This document shows positions 28,513 through 37,469 of a stretch of 64,000 bases of DNA, piece after piece. This stretch comes from Candidatus Brocadiia bacterium. GTDB lineage: Bacteria > Planctomycetota > Brocadiia > CAIUPP01. Each line of letters starts with the position of its first letter. The first letter of the stretch is position 1. The DNA lies in NCBI GenBank assembly GCA_050015075.1, contig JBEKCB010000007.1, positions 1-64,000 of the forward strand, in the 5' to 3' direction. Position numbers and translations under genes: made by a program. The notes under the pieces were generated by a model that ran no database searches, had not been told where the DNA came from, and worked only from the letters and a program-made list of their open reading frames with translations.

Positions 28513-29676
28513 ATGAAAATCGCTCTCACGAACGTGGACTTCGATCCGGCCCGAGGCGGCGCCGAGACCTACGTGCGGAACTTCGCCCGAAAGCTCCTCC
28601 GCGGCGGCCACGAGGTCCACGTCTATACCGCGACGTGGGACGCGGCGGAAAAAGGGCCCGTCTATCATCCCGTTCCGCTTCCTCCGTTCCACATGCTGCG
28701 GGATTATTCCTGGGCCCTGCGCACCCGCGACCTGCTGCTCAAGGAGAAATTCGACGTCATCCACGGCTTCGGGAAGAGCGTGTACATGGACGTCTACCGG
28801 CCCGGAGGCGGAGTGCGCCGCGCGGAGCTGGAATACAAGGCCAGGCTGGCGAAGAGCGTCGCGGGCCGGGCGTGGGTCCGCTTTCGCAGCGGGATACGGC
28901 TGCAGCATCAGCTCCTGCTGCGGCTGGAGAGAATGCAGTTCGCGCCGGGCGGCGCGCACGAGATCATCGCCGTCTCGAACATGGTCCGCGACGAGATCAC
29001 CCGGTATTATCACTGCGAGCCGGAGCGCATCACCGTGATCCACAACGGCGCCGATCTGGCGCGGTTTACGTCCGATCTGCGCGAGAGGTTCCGGAAGCCT
29101 GCGCGGCGGGAACTCGGCCTCGCGGAGGACGAACTCATGATCCTCCTCGTGGGCCACAACTACCACCGCAAGGGCGTTCCATTTTTGATCCGCGCGCTGC
29201 CGGAACTTCGGAAGCTGGGGACGCCGTTCCGCGTGTTGGTCGTAGGCCGAGGCCGCCGAGATCCCTGCGACCGGCTGGCCCGGAAGCTCGGCGTCGGCGA
29301 CCTGATTCAATACGCGGGAGCCAGCAGCCTGCCTGAGAAGTTCTACGCCGCCGCGGACATCTTCTGCCTGCCGAGCCACTACGACCCCTGCGCCAACGCG
29401 CTGCTCGAGGCGCTCGCCTGCGGTCTGCCCGCCGTCACGAGCGCCACGAACGGCTCCGGCGAACTGCTCACGGACAAGGAAGGCTACGCCGTCCCGTTCG
29501 GCGATGCGCCGCAACTGGCCGAGCGCATCGGCGAGTTCTTCGACCGCGACCGCCGCGAGGCCGCATCGGTCGCCGCGCGCGCCCTGGCCGAGTCCCACTC
29601 AGCCGAGCGCAATTTCGAGGAGGTGATGAAGGTGTACGCCAAGGCGCTCGCGCGCAAGCGCTCGCCGGGGCGATGA
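28513..29676 (+). CDS. Glycosyltransferase family 4 (WaaG-like)
   Basis: GGAETYVRNF, VIHNGADL, RKGVPFLIRA, FCLPSHYDPCANALLEALACGLP. Confidence 0.93.
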   Translation: MKIALTNVDFDPARGGAETYVRNFARKLLRGGHEVHVYTATWDAAEKGPVYHPVPLPPFHMLRDYSWALRTRDLLLKEKFDVIHGFGKSVYMDVYRPGGGVRRAELEYKARLAKSVAGRAWVRFRSGIRLQHQLLLRLERMQFAPGGAHEIIAVSNMVRDEITRYYHCEPERITVIHNGADLARFTSDLRERFRKPARRELGLAEDELMILLVGHNYHRKGVPFLIRALPELRKLGTPFRVLVVGRGRRDPCDRLARKLGVGDLIQYAGASSLPEKFYAAADIFCLPSHYDPCANALLEALACGLPAVTSATNGSGELLTDKEGYAVPFGDAPQLAERIGEFFDRDRREAASVAARALAESHSAERNFEEVMKVYAKALARKRSPGR

Positions 29677-29714
29677 ATTGACCCTTTCCCGATCGCTCAC
29701 CTGTTCCGACGGCG

Positions 29715-32700
29715 CTAACGTTTCAGTTTGTAGACGTGATCGGCCAACGAGGCAAAATCATCGCTGAACTCTCCACGATCTGAAGCGAGGGTGCGCCCTT
29801 CGCCGAGCACTTCAATGTTGGTCCCGGCCCGAAGTCCCTCGATACGAATGACGGCCTTGCCGTCAGCGCCGGCGTTCTGTGCGAAAATGAAAGTCGCCCC
29901 CTCGGATTCCGTCGCCTTGCAGCGGCACGGCTGAGCGTTGTTCATGGTCATCTGAACCTTGCCGCGCGCCGGCTCGCCGAGAATGGCGGGTGCCAGATGG
30001 GCGACCTGCTCATTGAGTTGCTTCAGCGCCGCCGCCATTTTATCGTCCGGGACCGGCGGCTTGTCGCCCTGCTGCATGCGATAGCCGATCGCCGTCGCCC
30101 CGTGAATAATCGCGCTCCAGATTGCGGCTCGCGCTTGCGCCGGTTCCAGAGACGGGGTCACTTCCAGCCAGAATACGACGGGTCGTCCGGGACCGGCCAG
30201 CCTGCCGAGTTCGTCCACTCCTTCTCCGACGCGGTTCAGCCAATCCGCCGCGGCGGCTGCGGGGTCGGCCGGCAGCACGAATCCCGCCGCATCGCAGTTC
30301 TCAATGTATCCGGGATATAACGCCTGCCGCGTCTCTTTGTCCCACATCGCCGAAGAGGGCATGAAGCCGGGGCTGAGTGTGACAAAAACCGGACGGGTCT
30401 TCTGCATCTTTCTCATCCAGTGATAGACGTCTGCCACTTTTTTCACCGAACGAATCTCCGGCTCATAGTCATAGAGCCAAACTCGCCGGCCGTTCTCGTC
30501 GAACGCCCCGATCTGTTTCACAAAACCGTAACCGGCTTCGCCCGGATACACGGCGGTGATTCGGAAAACCAATTCTTTGAAGCTGACCGGGCTTGCCAAT
30601 TTGAATTCCTGCTTGCCGGACTCTTTCTTCAAACCAACCGTGAGGATCTCCTTTCCATCGGCCAGGAAAACCATCTCTTTGGCAGCCTCGCGCGAGGGGG
30701 TCGGTTCGATCCAGACCGCCAGGCTGCTCACCGTGACCGGCTTGGCCAATGTAATCTGGACCTCGGCGCCTTGCATGGTTTCCAACAAGACGCCTTCCTC
30801 GGTGGATGCGGGATTGAATGCCTCTGCGGCCGCGCCATGAGGCCGGTGCGGCCGGTTGAGAATCGCCGCGTTTACGTCAACAGGCATGGGCGGAGTCGGC
30901 AGCATCGTCACCGGGCGGTCCGGCTGGTCCTCCTGTGTCAAAGCCAGCAAGTTAGGTTGACCAAAGGTCTCCGTATCCGCCCCCAAAACTCCGTAGAGCC
31001 CTTTATCAGTGATTCTCCTGAGAAATTCCCGCCCATAATGGAATGCCCAGGTGCTCTCGCCCGCGTCGCCGTTGACAAACACCGTATTGGCGCCTAAGTC
31101 CAATGCTTCCTGGACCTGAATATCCGCATCAGAGAAGAGTTCGGGAGGAACTTTCCCTTCGACGAGCTGGGTGCCGAGCGCCCACGCGTTCTGAATCCTG
31201 GGCTTGGCCTGAACGCGCAGCATGAGCGGGAACAGCTTCTTGCCGTTGACGATGAATTCCCGGTTCGCCCCGATCTTCACCTGCCCTTGCTCGTCAATGG
31301 TTTTCCGGAATTCCGCCACCGGCGCCATCCCGGCGCTTTTCCTGTATTGGGCCCACATGCCGTCGGTGAATTTGTCGTCGCCGGGGAAAACGTGCATCCC
31401 AAGACACCATGGCTTGTCGTAATCGACGCCGAGCGCCGTCTTGATCATCTTCACGAACTCGGCGTCGTCCTCGTACATCCAGCGGTCCATGTAAGCGAAG
31501 AAAGCGTCATGGTCCCAGATCTTCTCAGCCTTCATGAGGTGCGCCGCCAACGCTGTTCCAACCGAGGAACTGATGGAAGAAGCTCTCCGATATCCCTCGG
31601 ACTGGGTGCGATCGGGTCCGGGCCACAAGCCCGGCCAGAGCTGCTCATAAGGACCTCGGTCCGTCTGCCCCGACAACGGAAACTGGCCCGTATAACGGAC
31701 GTCGGCGCCGGTCCAGGTCACTCCAAATTCCGTGGCCTGGTCCTCACCGAAGGCGGTTTCGGGCGCATTCTTGCTGATGTGCAGCATCTCCTGGTCCTGC
31801 AGGAGGATGGCGGCGAGAACGATGGGGAGTTTACGCCCACAACCGAATCCGCCCTGGGAAATCCAACCGCCCGCTTCACCCGACTTCCCGCGCTTGGCGA
31901 TGGCCCAATTGTCAATCCCGACCTGGATCATGCCCTGGCACAGCCTGGTCTTTTGCTCCCGCGACGCATCGGTGCAGAGCTGCAAAGCGGCCACGCTCAC
32001 CACCGACGCGATCTCACGCCCGTAACCGGGCATGTTGTCCGAAGGATGCACGTCCCGACTTTCCCAGGAGTAGACGTGGTCAAGCCATGGGCGTTGAAAG
32101 GCGCGCTCCAGCTCCGCCCACGACCAGGGCGGAGCGCTGCTCGGCGGCGCGACGCTCGGCAACAGCTCCCAATGAATTTCACTGGCGCGGTGGAGGACGT
32201 CTTTACTTAGGTCGCAATAGCCCGGGCGGAAAGTATCCTGTGGAACGGCTTCCTTAAGGCACGTCAGCACGGCGGCTGCTTTCATGAAGTAGGACTCGTT
32301 TCCGGGCACCTTGTCGGCGGTCAGTCCGGGTTCAAAGCTGAGCGCCGAGACCAGCGAATCTCCCGGCTTGAGTTCCAGGGGATACTTCGCCGTTAATTCC
32401 TGCCGAAAACAATTGGCAAACCGGCCGTCATAGGCGCTATAGCCCGTCACGGGCGGATTCAGCATCGAACCGTTGCGAAAAGTTTTGCCTTGTCCGGTTG
32501 GCGCCGGCGTAACCTCGACCACGGTCACCGGCCCGACCACATAGTAGTCGCCGGTTACGAATTGGCCGACGGGCGCCTTCTTGTCAAACTTCCAGGTTAT
32601 CCCATATTGCGAAACGCTGTCCTGCACCGGCAGGTCTTTGAGCGCCGACGCCTGGGGAGCATCGGCGGCCAGGCTCATGCCGCCGCAAAACCCGGCTGCC

Positions 32701-32735
32701 AGGAACAGACTCAGCCACATCCGTAACGATTTCAT
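29715..32735 (-). CDS. Large secreted protein: uncharacterised N-terminal domain (paralog of 35161-36771) fused to a GH-like barrel with inserted beta-sandwich
   Basis: Signal peptide after MKSLR; shared SQYGITW...VGQFVTGDYYVVGPVT and WDHDAFFAYMDRWM; C-terminal RPVVFWLE, WSAIIHGATAIGY. Confidence 0.8.
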   Translation of the reverse strand: MKSLRMWLSLFLAAGFCGGMSLAADAPQASALKDLPVQDSVSQYGITWKFDKKAPVGQFVTGDYYVVGPVTVVEVTPAPTGQGKTFRNGSMLNPPVTGYSAYDGRFANCFRQELTAKYPLELKPGDSLVSALSFEPGLTADKVPGNESYFMKAAAVLTCLKEAVPQDTFRPGYCDLSKDVLHRASEIHWELLPSVAPPSSAPPWSWAELERAFQRPWLDHVYSWESRDVHPSDNMPGYGREIASVVSVAALQLCTDASREQKTRLCQGMIQVGIDNWAIAKRGKSGEAGGWISQGGFGCGRKLPIVLAAILLQDQEMLHISKNAPETAFGEDQATEFGVTWTGADVRYTGQFPLSGQTDRGPYEQLWPGLWPGPDRTQSEGYRRASSISSSVGTALAAHLMKAEKIWDHDAFFAYMDRWMYEDDAEFVKMIKTALGVDYDKPWCLGMHVFPGDDKFTDGMWAQYRKSAGMAPVAEFRKTIDEQGQVKIGANREFIVNGKKLFPLMLRVQAKPRIQNAWALGTQLVEGKVPPELFSDADIQVQEALDLGANTVFVNGDAGESTWAFHYGREFLRRITDKGLYGVLGADTETFGQPNLLALTQEDQPDRPVTMLPTPPMPVDVNAAILNRPHRPHGAAAEAFNPASTEEGVLLETMQGAEVQITLAKPVTVSSLAVWIEPTPSREAAKEMVFLADGKEILTVGLKKESGKQEFKLASPVSFKELVFRITAVYPGEAGYGFVKQIGAFDENGRRVWLYDYEPEIRSVKKVADVYHWMRKMQKTRPVFVTLSPGFMPSSAMWDKETRQALYPGYIENCDAAGFVLPADPAAAAADWLNRVGEGVDELGRLAGPGRPVVFWLEVTPSLEPAQARAAIWSAIIHGATAIGYRMQQGDKPPVPDDKMAAALKQLNEQVAHLAPAILGEPARGKVQMTMNNAQPCRCKATESEGATFIFAQNAGADGKAVIRIEGLRAGTNIEVLGEGRTLASDRGEFSDDFASLADHVYKLKR

Positions 32736-32820
32736 GGTTCTCCCTTTCAGAAGGCGGCCAGGGTCCACATATCGCGCGCAGTATGCTGCGCGCTCGTGAC
32801 GGTCAGCCATCAAAGTTCGC

Positions 32821-32849
32821 ATTCTGACTATCCGAATTCCGCCTGTCAA
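32821..32849 (-). promoter_or_regulatory. Putative sigma70 promoter
   Basis: Minus strand TTGACA-N17-CAGAAT. Confidence 0.6.
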
Positions 32850-32963
32850 GTCGGGAGTCGAAGATCGGCGGGCCGTGCTTAATTCCGCGAAGGATTTCGG
32901 CTCCTGCTTCGACTAGAATAGTGGACATCCGGTTTTCGCACCAACCGTGTTGAGCATGGGACC

Positions 32964-33497
32964 ATGGACACGCCCCGATTCGAACAACTGTTCGACCGGC
33001 ACTTTGAAGAGATCTACGGCTACGTCGCCTTCAGGATCGCGCCGGACATTGACGGCGCCCGGGATGTCACGCAGGAAGTCTTCACGGCCGCGCTGGCATC
33101 CTTCCTTAGCCTGCGGCAGAACGAGAAAGCCGGCGCCTGGCTGCGTGGGATCGCCAGGCATAAAGTCGCCGACTACTTTCGCAACCGGCGGGCCGCGCCC
33201 GCGTCGGTCGGCGACGCCATCAATGAGGTTCGGAGTCGTCCGGATGGCCCGCTCTCGTCGGCGCAAGCGGCCGCAATTCAGGTATCCATCGCCTTGCGCC
33301 GCCTTCCGCAGCGAGACGCGGAGCTGTTGGAGGATAAGTACCTGGAGAGCCGCTCCGTCAAGGAGATGGCCGAAAGTCGCGGGACGACCGAAAAAGCGGT
33401 GGAGTCGGCGCTTTCCCGGGCGCGCGAAGCGTTTCGCGCGATAATGTCCGAGGTTCAAACGAAGGAGGGTTACCCGAATGAACACGGACCTGGATGA
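32964..33497 (+). CDS. ECF-type RNA polymerase sigma factor
   Basis: Region 2 ARDVTQEVFTAA...AWLRGIARHKVADYFR; region 4 SVKEMAESRGTTEKAVESALSRAR. Confidence 0.93.
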   Translation: MDTPRFEQLFDRHFEEIYGYVAFRIAPDIDGARDVTQEVFTAALASFLSLRQNEKAGAWLRGIARHKVADYFRNRRAAPASVGDAINEVRSRPDGPLSSAQAAAIQVSIALRRLPQRDAELLEDKYLESRSVKEMAESRGTTEKAVESALSRAREAFRAIMSEVQTKEGYPNEHGPG

Positions 33498-33999
33498 CGA
33501 CTTCGCGCTTGAGAAAACGTTCAAGGATGCGTCCGGGGCATTCCCACCGCCGGACGGACTGAAGGACCGGATGCGGGCCTCTCTCGCGGGCAGGGCGACG
33601 GCGACGCGCAGTCACACGTGGCTGTGGCGTTGCGCCGCGGCAGCGGTCGCCGCGTGCGTTCTGATCGGCCTGGCAGTCTGGATGATCGGCAGACCGGAGA
33701 ACCGTCATGACCGCGTCCGGGAGGAACGCGGGGCGGCCGGCGTCGTCCTGCCGCCGCCTGTTGCCGCAAAGCCGGCTGATCTTCCGTCGGCCGATTACCT
33801 GGTCTATTCTCGTGCGTGGGAAGAATCTCCCGATGCACTGGACGACCTGCTGACGCGCGACGCAGCGGTCCTGCTTCGGCCGGAACCGATTCCGACCGAG
33901 TTGAACACGCTCAGGTTTCTTCAGACCATGAACCAGACTAAGGAGAAGCACAATGAGAAACACAGCATGCGCAACGTTCATTCTGGCGCTTTTGTTTAG
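33478..33999 (+). CDS. Putative single-pass membrane anti-sigma factor
   Basis: AGGAGG RBS, overlaps the sigma gene, PPPDGLKDRMRASL then TM WLWRCAAAAVAACVLIGLAVWMI. Confidence 0.72.
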   Translation: MNTDLDDDFALEKTFKDASGAFPPPDGLKDRMRASLAGRATATRSHTWLWRCAAAAVAACVLIGLAVWMIGRPENRHDRVREERGAAGVVLPPPVAAKPADLPSADYLVYSRAWEESPDALDDLLTRDAAVLLRPEPIPTELNTLRFLQTMNQTKEKHNEKHSMRNVHSGAFV

Positions 34000-35146
34000 C
34001 ACCGGTCCAGCCCTGGCGGCAGAAGGCGAGTCGGTAGCGCCCGACCTCGGGCGCAACGCGGCGCTGACGTACTGGCGCGCCTTCGCCATGAGTCCTGTAA
34101 TGACCGACGATGAGCTGAAAATCTTCAACCCTCGCCCTGGGACCGAGCCCAAGACGTCGCCGGAGAAGAACGCTGCGTTAGTCAAACGATGGGGCCAGGC
34201 TCTGCAACTGATGCACCAGGCGGCCGCCGTCTCGCAATGCGACTGGGGAATTGATTACGAGAAAGAGGGATTGCATGCGTCGCTTCCACATTTCTCCAAG
34301 GCCTGGACCTTGGCAAGGGCCGCGGCCTTTCGCGCGAAATATCTCTGGGAGAAGGGGCAGCGGAAGGACGCGGCGGAGGACCTCCGCGCGACAGTGGTCA
34401 TGGCGCGTCACGTCGGAAACGATGGGCGAGAGACGGACATTGCGCTGTTCATGCAGATCGCGATCGAGGGGCTTGTGCAGGATGCCGCGGCGCAATTGCT
34501 GACCGACCGGGAGGCGGCCGACCTGTTCGCGGATGTTCTTGGAGATCTCAGCAATGGACCTTCGGCGCTCCTCTCCAAGAACGCGATCCTGGCGGAAAAG
34601 AGAGTTCGCATTTTATGGATGCGTCATCGGGCAGAGTCTGAGCCGGATATCGGAAAGAAACTCGCAAAAGACTTGGGGCCGGCCGAGTCGGAAACGAGGA
34701 AGGAAGTTTTAATCAAGCTCAGCCAAACGCAGAACGCGGATATACTGAAGTGGCTCGACGAGGAACTCAAGCAGTACGACGACATGGCGGCTATCGCTGA
34801 CCTGCCCTTCCAGGAGTTCCAAACCAGGTGGGCGGCGCTTGACGAGAGAATCAAGGCAAGCAAGAACCCGTTCTCTGAACTCATTCTCCCTTACATAGTA
34901 AGCGTCCGCAAGGAAGAGGAGCGCTACCGCATCAGATGGGCTATGGTCCGAGCAGCCATCGAGATCAGGCGCGAAGGTGAGAGCGCCCTGACCAAGGTCA
35001 CGGATCCGCACGATGGAAAGCCCTTCCAGTACACGGCTCTGGAGGGCGGCGCCTTCGAACTGAAGTCAACCATGCTGGTACGCGGCCGGCAATTCGACCA
35101 GCCGCTCGTCATGACCTTCGGGCGCCCGCCGGCCGGGAAGGACTGA
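33953..35146 (+). CDS. Secreted alpha-helical hypothetical protein
   Basis: AGGAG RBS, signal peptide, NAALTYWRAF, CDWG, LPH, C-terminal DPHDGKPFQY...FELKS. Confidence 0.82.
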   Translation: MRNTACATFILALLFSTGPALAAEGESVAPDLGRNAALTYWRAFAMSPVMTDDELKIFNPRPGTEPKTSPEKNAALVKRWGQALQLMHQAAAVSQCDWGIDYEKEGLHASLPHFSKAWTLARAAAFRAKYLWEKGQRKDAAEDLRATVVMARHVGNDGRETDIALFMQIAIEGLVQDAAAQLLTDREAADLFADVLGDLSNGPSALLSKNAILAEKRVRILWMRHRAESEPDIGKKLAKDLGPAESETRKEVLIKLSQTQNADILKWLDEELKQYDDMAAIADLPFQEFQTRWAALDERIKASKNPFSELILPYIVSVRKEEERYRIRWAMVRAAIEIRREGESALTKVTDPHDGKPFQYTALEGGAFELKSTMLVRGRQFDQPLVMTFGRPPAGKD

Positions 35147-35160
35147 CCGCGCGCCGTAAT

Positions 35161-36771
35161 CTATCTCCCGTTCCGGGCGGGGCCTTTGGGTTCTTTGGCG
35201 ATGGCGTTTTTGTAATAGCTGTCGTCGTGCTGCTGTTTCCAGCCGTCGGTCGGCGGCATGCCGGGGCCGGCGCGGTATTTCGCCCACATTTCGTTGACGA
35301 AATCGTCCCAGCATTCACCTTGCCGGCACCAGCTCTTGTCGTAGTCAACACCGATGGTGGCTTTGAGTGTTTTAATGTTGGCGCTGTCTTTTTCGAACAT
35401 CCAGCGGTCAACGTAATCGAAGAACGCGTCGTGGTCCCAGGCTTTTTCGGCGTGCAGCAGGTGGAGCGCCAGGGCCTGGGCGACCCAGGCGACGGTGGTG
35501 CTGGTGCGGCGGTAGCCTTCGCTGGTTTTCTGGCCAGCGCCCCAGGTCGAGGGCTGCGTGTGTTCGTAGGGACCCCAGGCGGCCCCGCGAGCATAGTCGC
35601 GGCCGATCCCGGTGACTTCATCTATGCCGGAGTGACCGGTGAAGACGACCTTGGCGCCGGTCCAGGAGTCGCCGTAGGCGGTCTGTTCATCTTCGCCGAA
35701 GCAGGCTTTGGGGAAGTGCTTATTAATGTTGGCAAGTTCCTCGTCGCCGAGGAGGAATCCGGCGAAGACGATGGGGATCTTGCGGCCGCTGGCGTGGCCG
35801 CCCCAGCAGTACCATCCGGGATGTCCGGAGCGGATCATGCCGCCCAGGTCTATGCCGATCTGCACGAAGTTATCGAGGAGCGGCTCTTTCTGCTGGGGCG
35901 TGAAGTTGCAGCACAGGAGCAGCGCGGCATTGCCGACGACGCGGCCGATCTCGCGGCCGTACCACGGCATGTTGTCGGCCGGTTCATCGAACCCGAAGAA
36001 GCAGGTGTTGACCCACGGGCGCTGCGTCCAGCCGATGTATTGCTGGAGCGGCGGCGCGTCGGCGGGGCGGACGACGTCGGGCAGCAGCTCGCGCTTCAGA
36101 TTGCGCGCCAGGTAGATTTTTTGAGTGCGGTCGCAGAACGCGGGGCGGAACGCGTCCGCCGGCAGCGGCTCGGCGACGCAGGTCAGCACGGCGGCGTCTC
36201 TGACCGGGCTGGCATCGCCCACGGCGCGGGATTCCGTTTCGCTGCTGTCGCCCTGCAGCGGAACGTGGAGGACCAGCCCCATCGGCATGCTGATCGTGGA
36301 GACGAAGGAATCGCCGGGCTTCATGGAGACCGGGAGCTTCCGGATCAGCGACGGGTCAAAATAGTTTCTGACGCCGCTGTCGTAGGAGACTTTTCGATCC
36401 GCCGGCGGATTGAGCATGAAGCCGTTGCGGACGCGGTTCTTTTCCGCCTGCTGCTTATCCAACGGGTCGAGTTGAGCGGCGGGAATTTCGGCGCCGTAAA
36501 GAGGCTTGGGCGTGATCGCGGTGATCGTCACCGGCCCGACGACGTAAAAGTCGCCATTGACGAATTGCCCGACTCGCGCCGGCTTCGCAAACGTCCAGGT
36601 CATGCCGTACTGCGAGAGGCTGTCTTTCAAGGGAAGGTCATCGAGCTTGGGCGCCGCCGGGGCGTTGGCCTCGGTGTAAATGACGGCCGGCTTTTCCTGG
36701 CTCCAGCATGGACTCGACAGGCCCGCGACCGCCGCGACAGAGAGACCGATCACTGCAATCTTTTCGAACAT
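35161..36771 (-). CDS. Secreted uncharacterised protein (paralog of the N-terminal half of 29715-32735)
   Basis: SQYGMTWTFAKPARVGQFVNGDFYVVGPVT, NMPWYGREI, FGEDEQT, SEGYRR, WDHDAFFDYVDRWM. Confidence 0.85.
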   Translation of the reverse strand: MFEKIAVIGLSVAAVAGLSSPCWSQEKPAVIYTEANAPAAPKLDDLPLKDSLSQYGMTWTFAKPARVGQFVNGDFYVVGPVTITAITPKPLYGAEIPAAQLDPLDKQQAEKNRVRNGFMLNPPADRKVSYDSGVRNYFDPSLIRKLPVSMKPGDSFVSTISMPMGLVLHVPLQGDSSETESRAVGDASPVRDAAVLTCVAEPLPADAFRPAFCDRTQKIYLARNLKRELLPDVVRPADAPPLQQYIGWTQRPWVNTCFFGFDEPADNMPWYGREIGRVVGNAALLLCCNFTPQQKEPLLDNFVQIGIDLGGMIRSGHPGWYCWGGHASGRKIPIVFAGFLLGDEELANINKHFPKACFGEDEQTAYGDSWTGAKVVFTGHSGIDEVTGIGRDYARGAAWGPYEHTQPSTWGAGQKTSEGYRRTSTTVAWVAQALALHLLHAEKAWDHDAFFDYVDRWMFEKDSANIKTLKATIGVDYDKSWCRQGECWDDFVNEMWAKYRAGPGMPPTDGWKQQHDDSYYKNAIAKEPKGPARNGR

Positions 36772-36995
36772 GACAGGATTCCCTTTCGTTTCGGCCCCAG
36801 ACGAGACCGGAAGCGCCCGCCGCCTCGCGCGGTCTCTCCACTTTCACTTGCGCGCCCACTTATAGCAGGCGCCCTATGCTATTTCAACAGCCGGGGTTGG
36901 CATATCGTCAGCAGGTGGAATAAAATGACAGAGGCGCGAGCGCGGGTGCGGCCGGCGCCGGTCACGCGATCCATGCAGGCACTAGCGGAGGGGAA

Positions 36996-37433
36996 ATGAT
37001 GAGCGGAATGGAATCGCCGCGCCGAATGCGGGCGCGGGGGCTGTTCATAGGCGTGCTGATCGTCCTCCTCGTGGCCGCAGTGATCGTACTCGCCGCGTGG
37101 GCGACGCGCCTGCAAGCGCGGGAACGGGGCTTGCGCAACGCCGCTGCGCAAAATGCAGTCGTAGGCGGGCAAGAGGCGCCGGCTCCGGTCACCGGGCAGG
37201 AGGAAGCGGTCGCCGGGGAAGCGCCGCCGCCGCCCATGGCGGAAGCGGCGCCTGTCGCGCCGGGCCCGGAGGTGGACTATCTATGGATCGGCGGATGGTG
37301 GGGGTGGGACGGCCGATGGGTTTGGCATGCCGGCTATTGGGCGCGCAGGCCGCATCCGGGCGCGGTTTGGGTTCCCCATGCCTGGGCTCGCAGCTCGCGC
37401 GGCTGGGTTCACAGCGGCGGCCGCTGGCGCTGA
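36996..37433 (+). CDS. Membrane-anchored WxxGxW (YXWGXW) repeat protein
   Basis: N-terminal TM; YLWIGGWWGWDGRWVWHAGYW, AVWVPHAW, WVHSGGRW. Confidence 0.85.
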   Translation: MMSGMESPRRMRARGLFIGVLIVLLVAAVIVLAAWATRLQARERGLRNAAAQNAVVGGQEAPAPVTGQEEAVAGEAPPPPMAEAAPVAPGPEVDYLWIGGWWGWDGRWVWHAGYWARRPHPGAVWVPHAWARSSRGWVHSGGRWR

Positions 37434-37469
37434 GAGCGGCCACAGGGTAAATCCCGGTCAAGGAACGTC

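Noticed and set aside
32923-32950. Possible ECF autoregulatory promoter GGACAT...CGTGT
   Set aside because: Short motif with no second copy found by eye upstream of neighbouring genes
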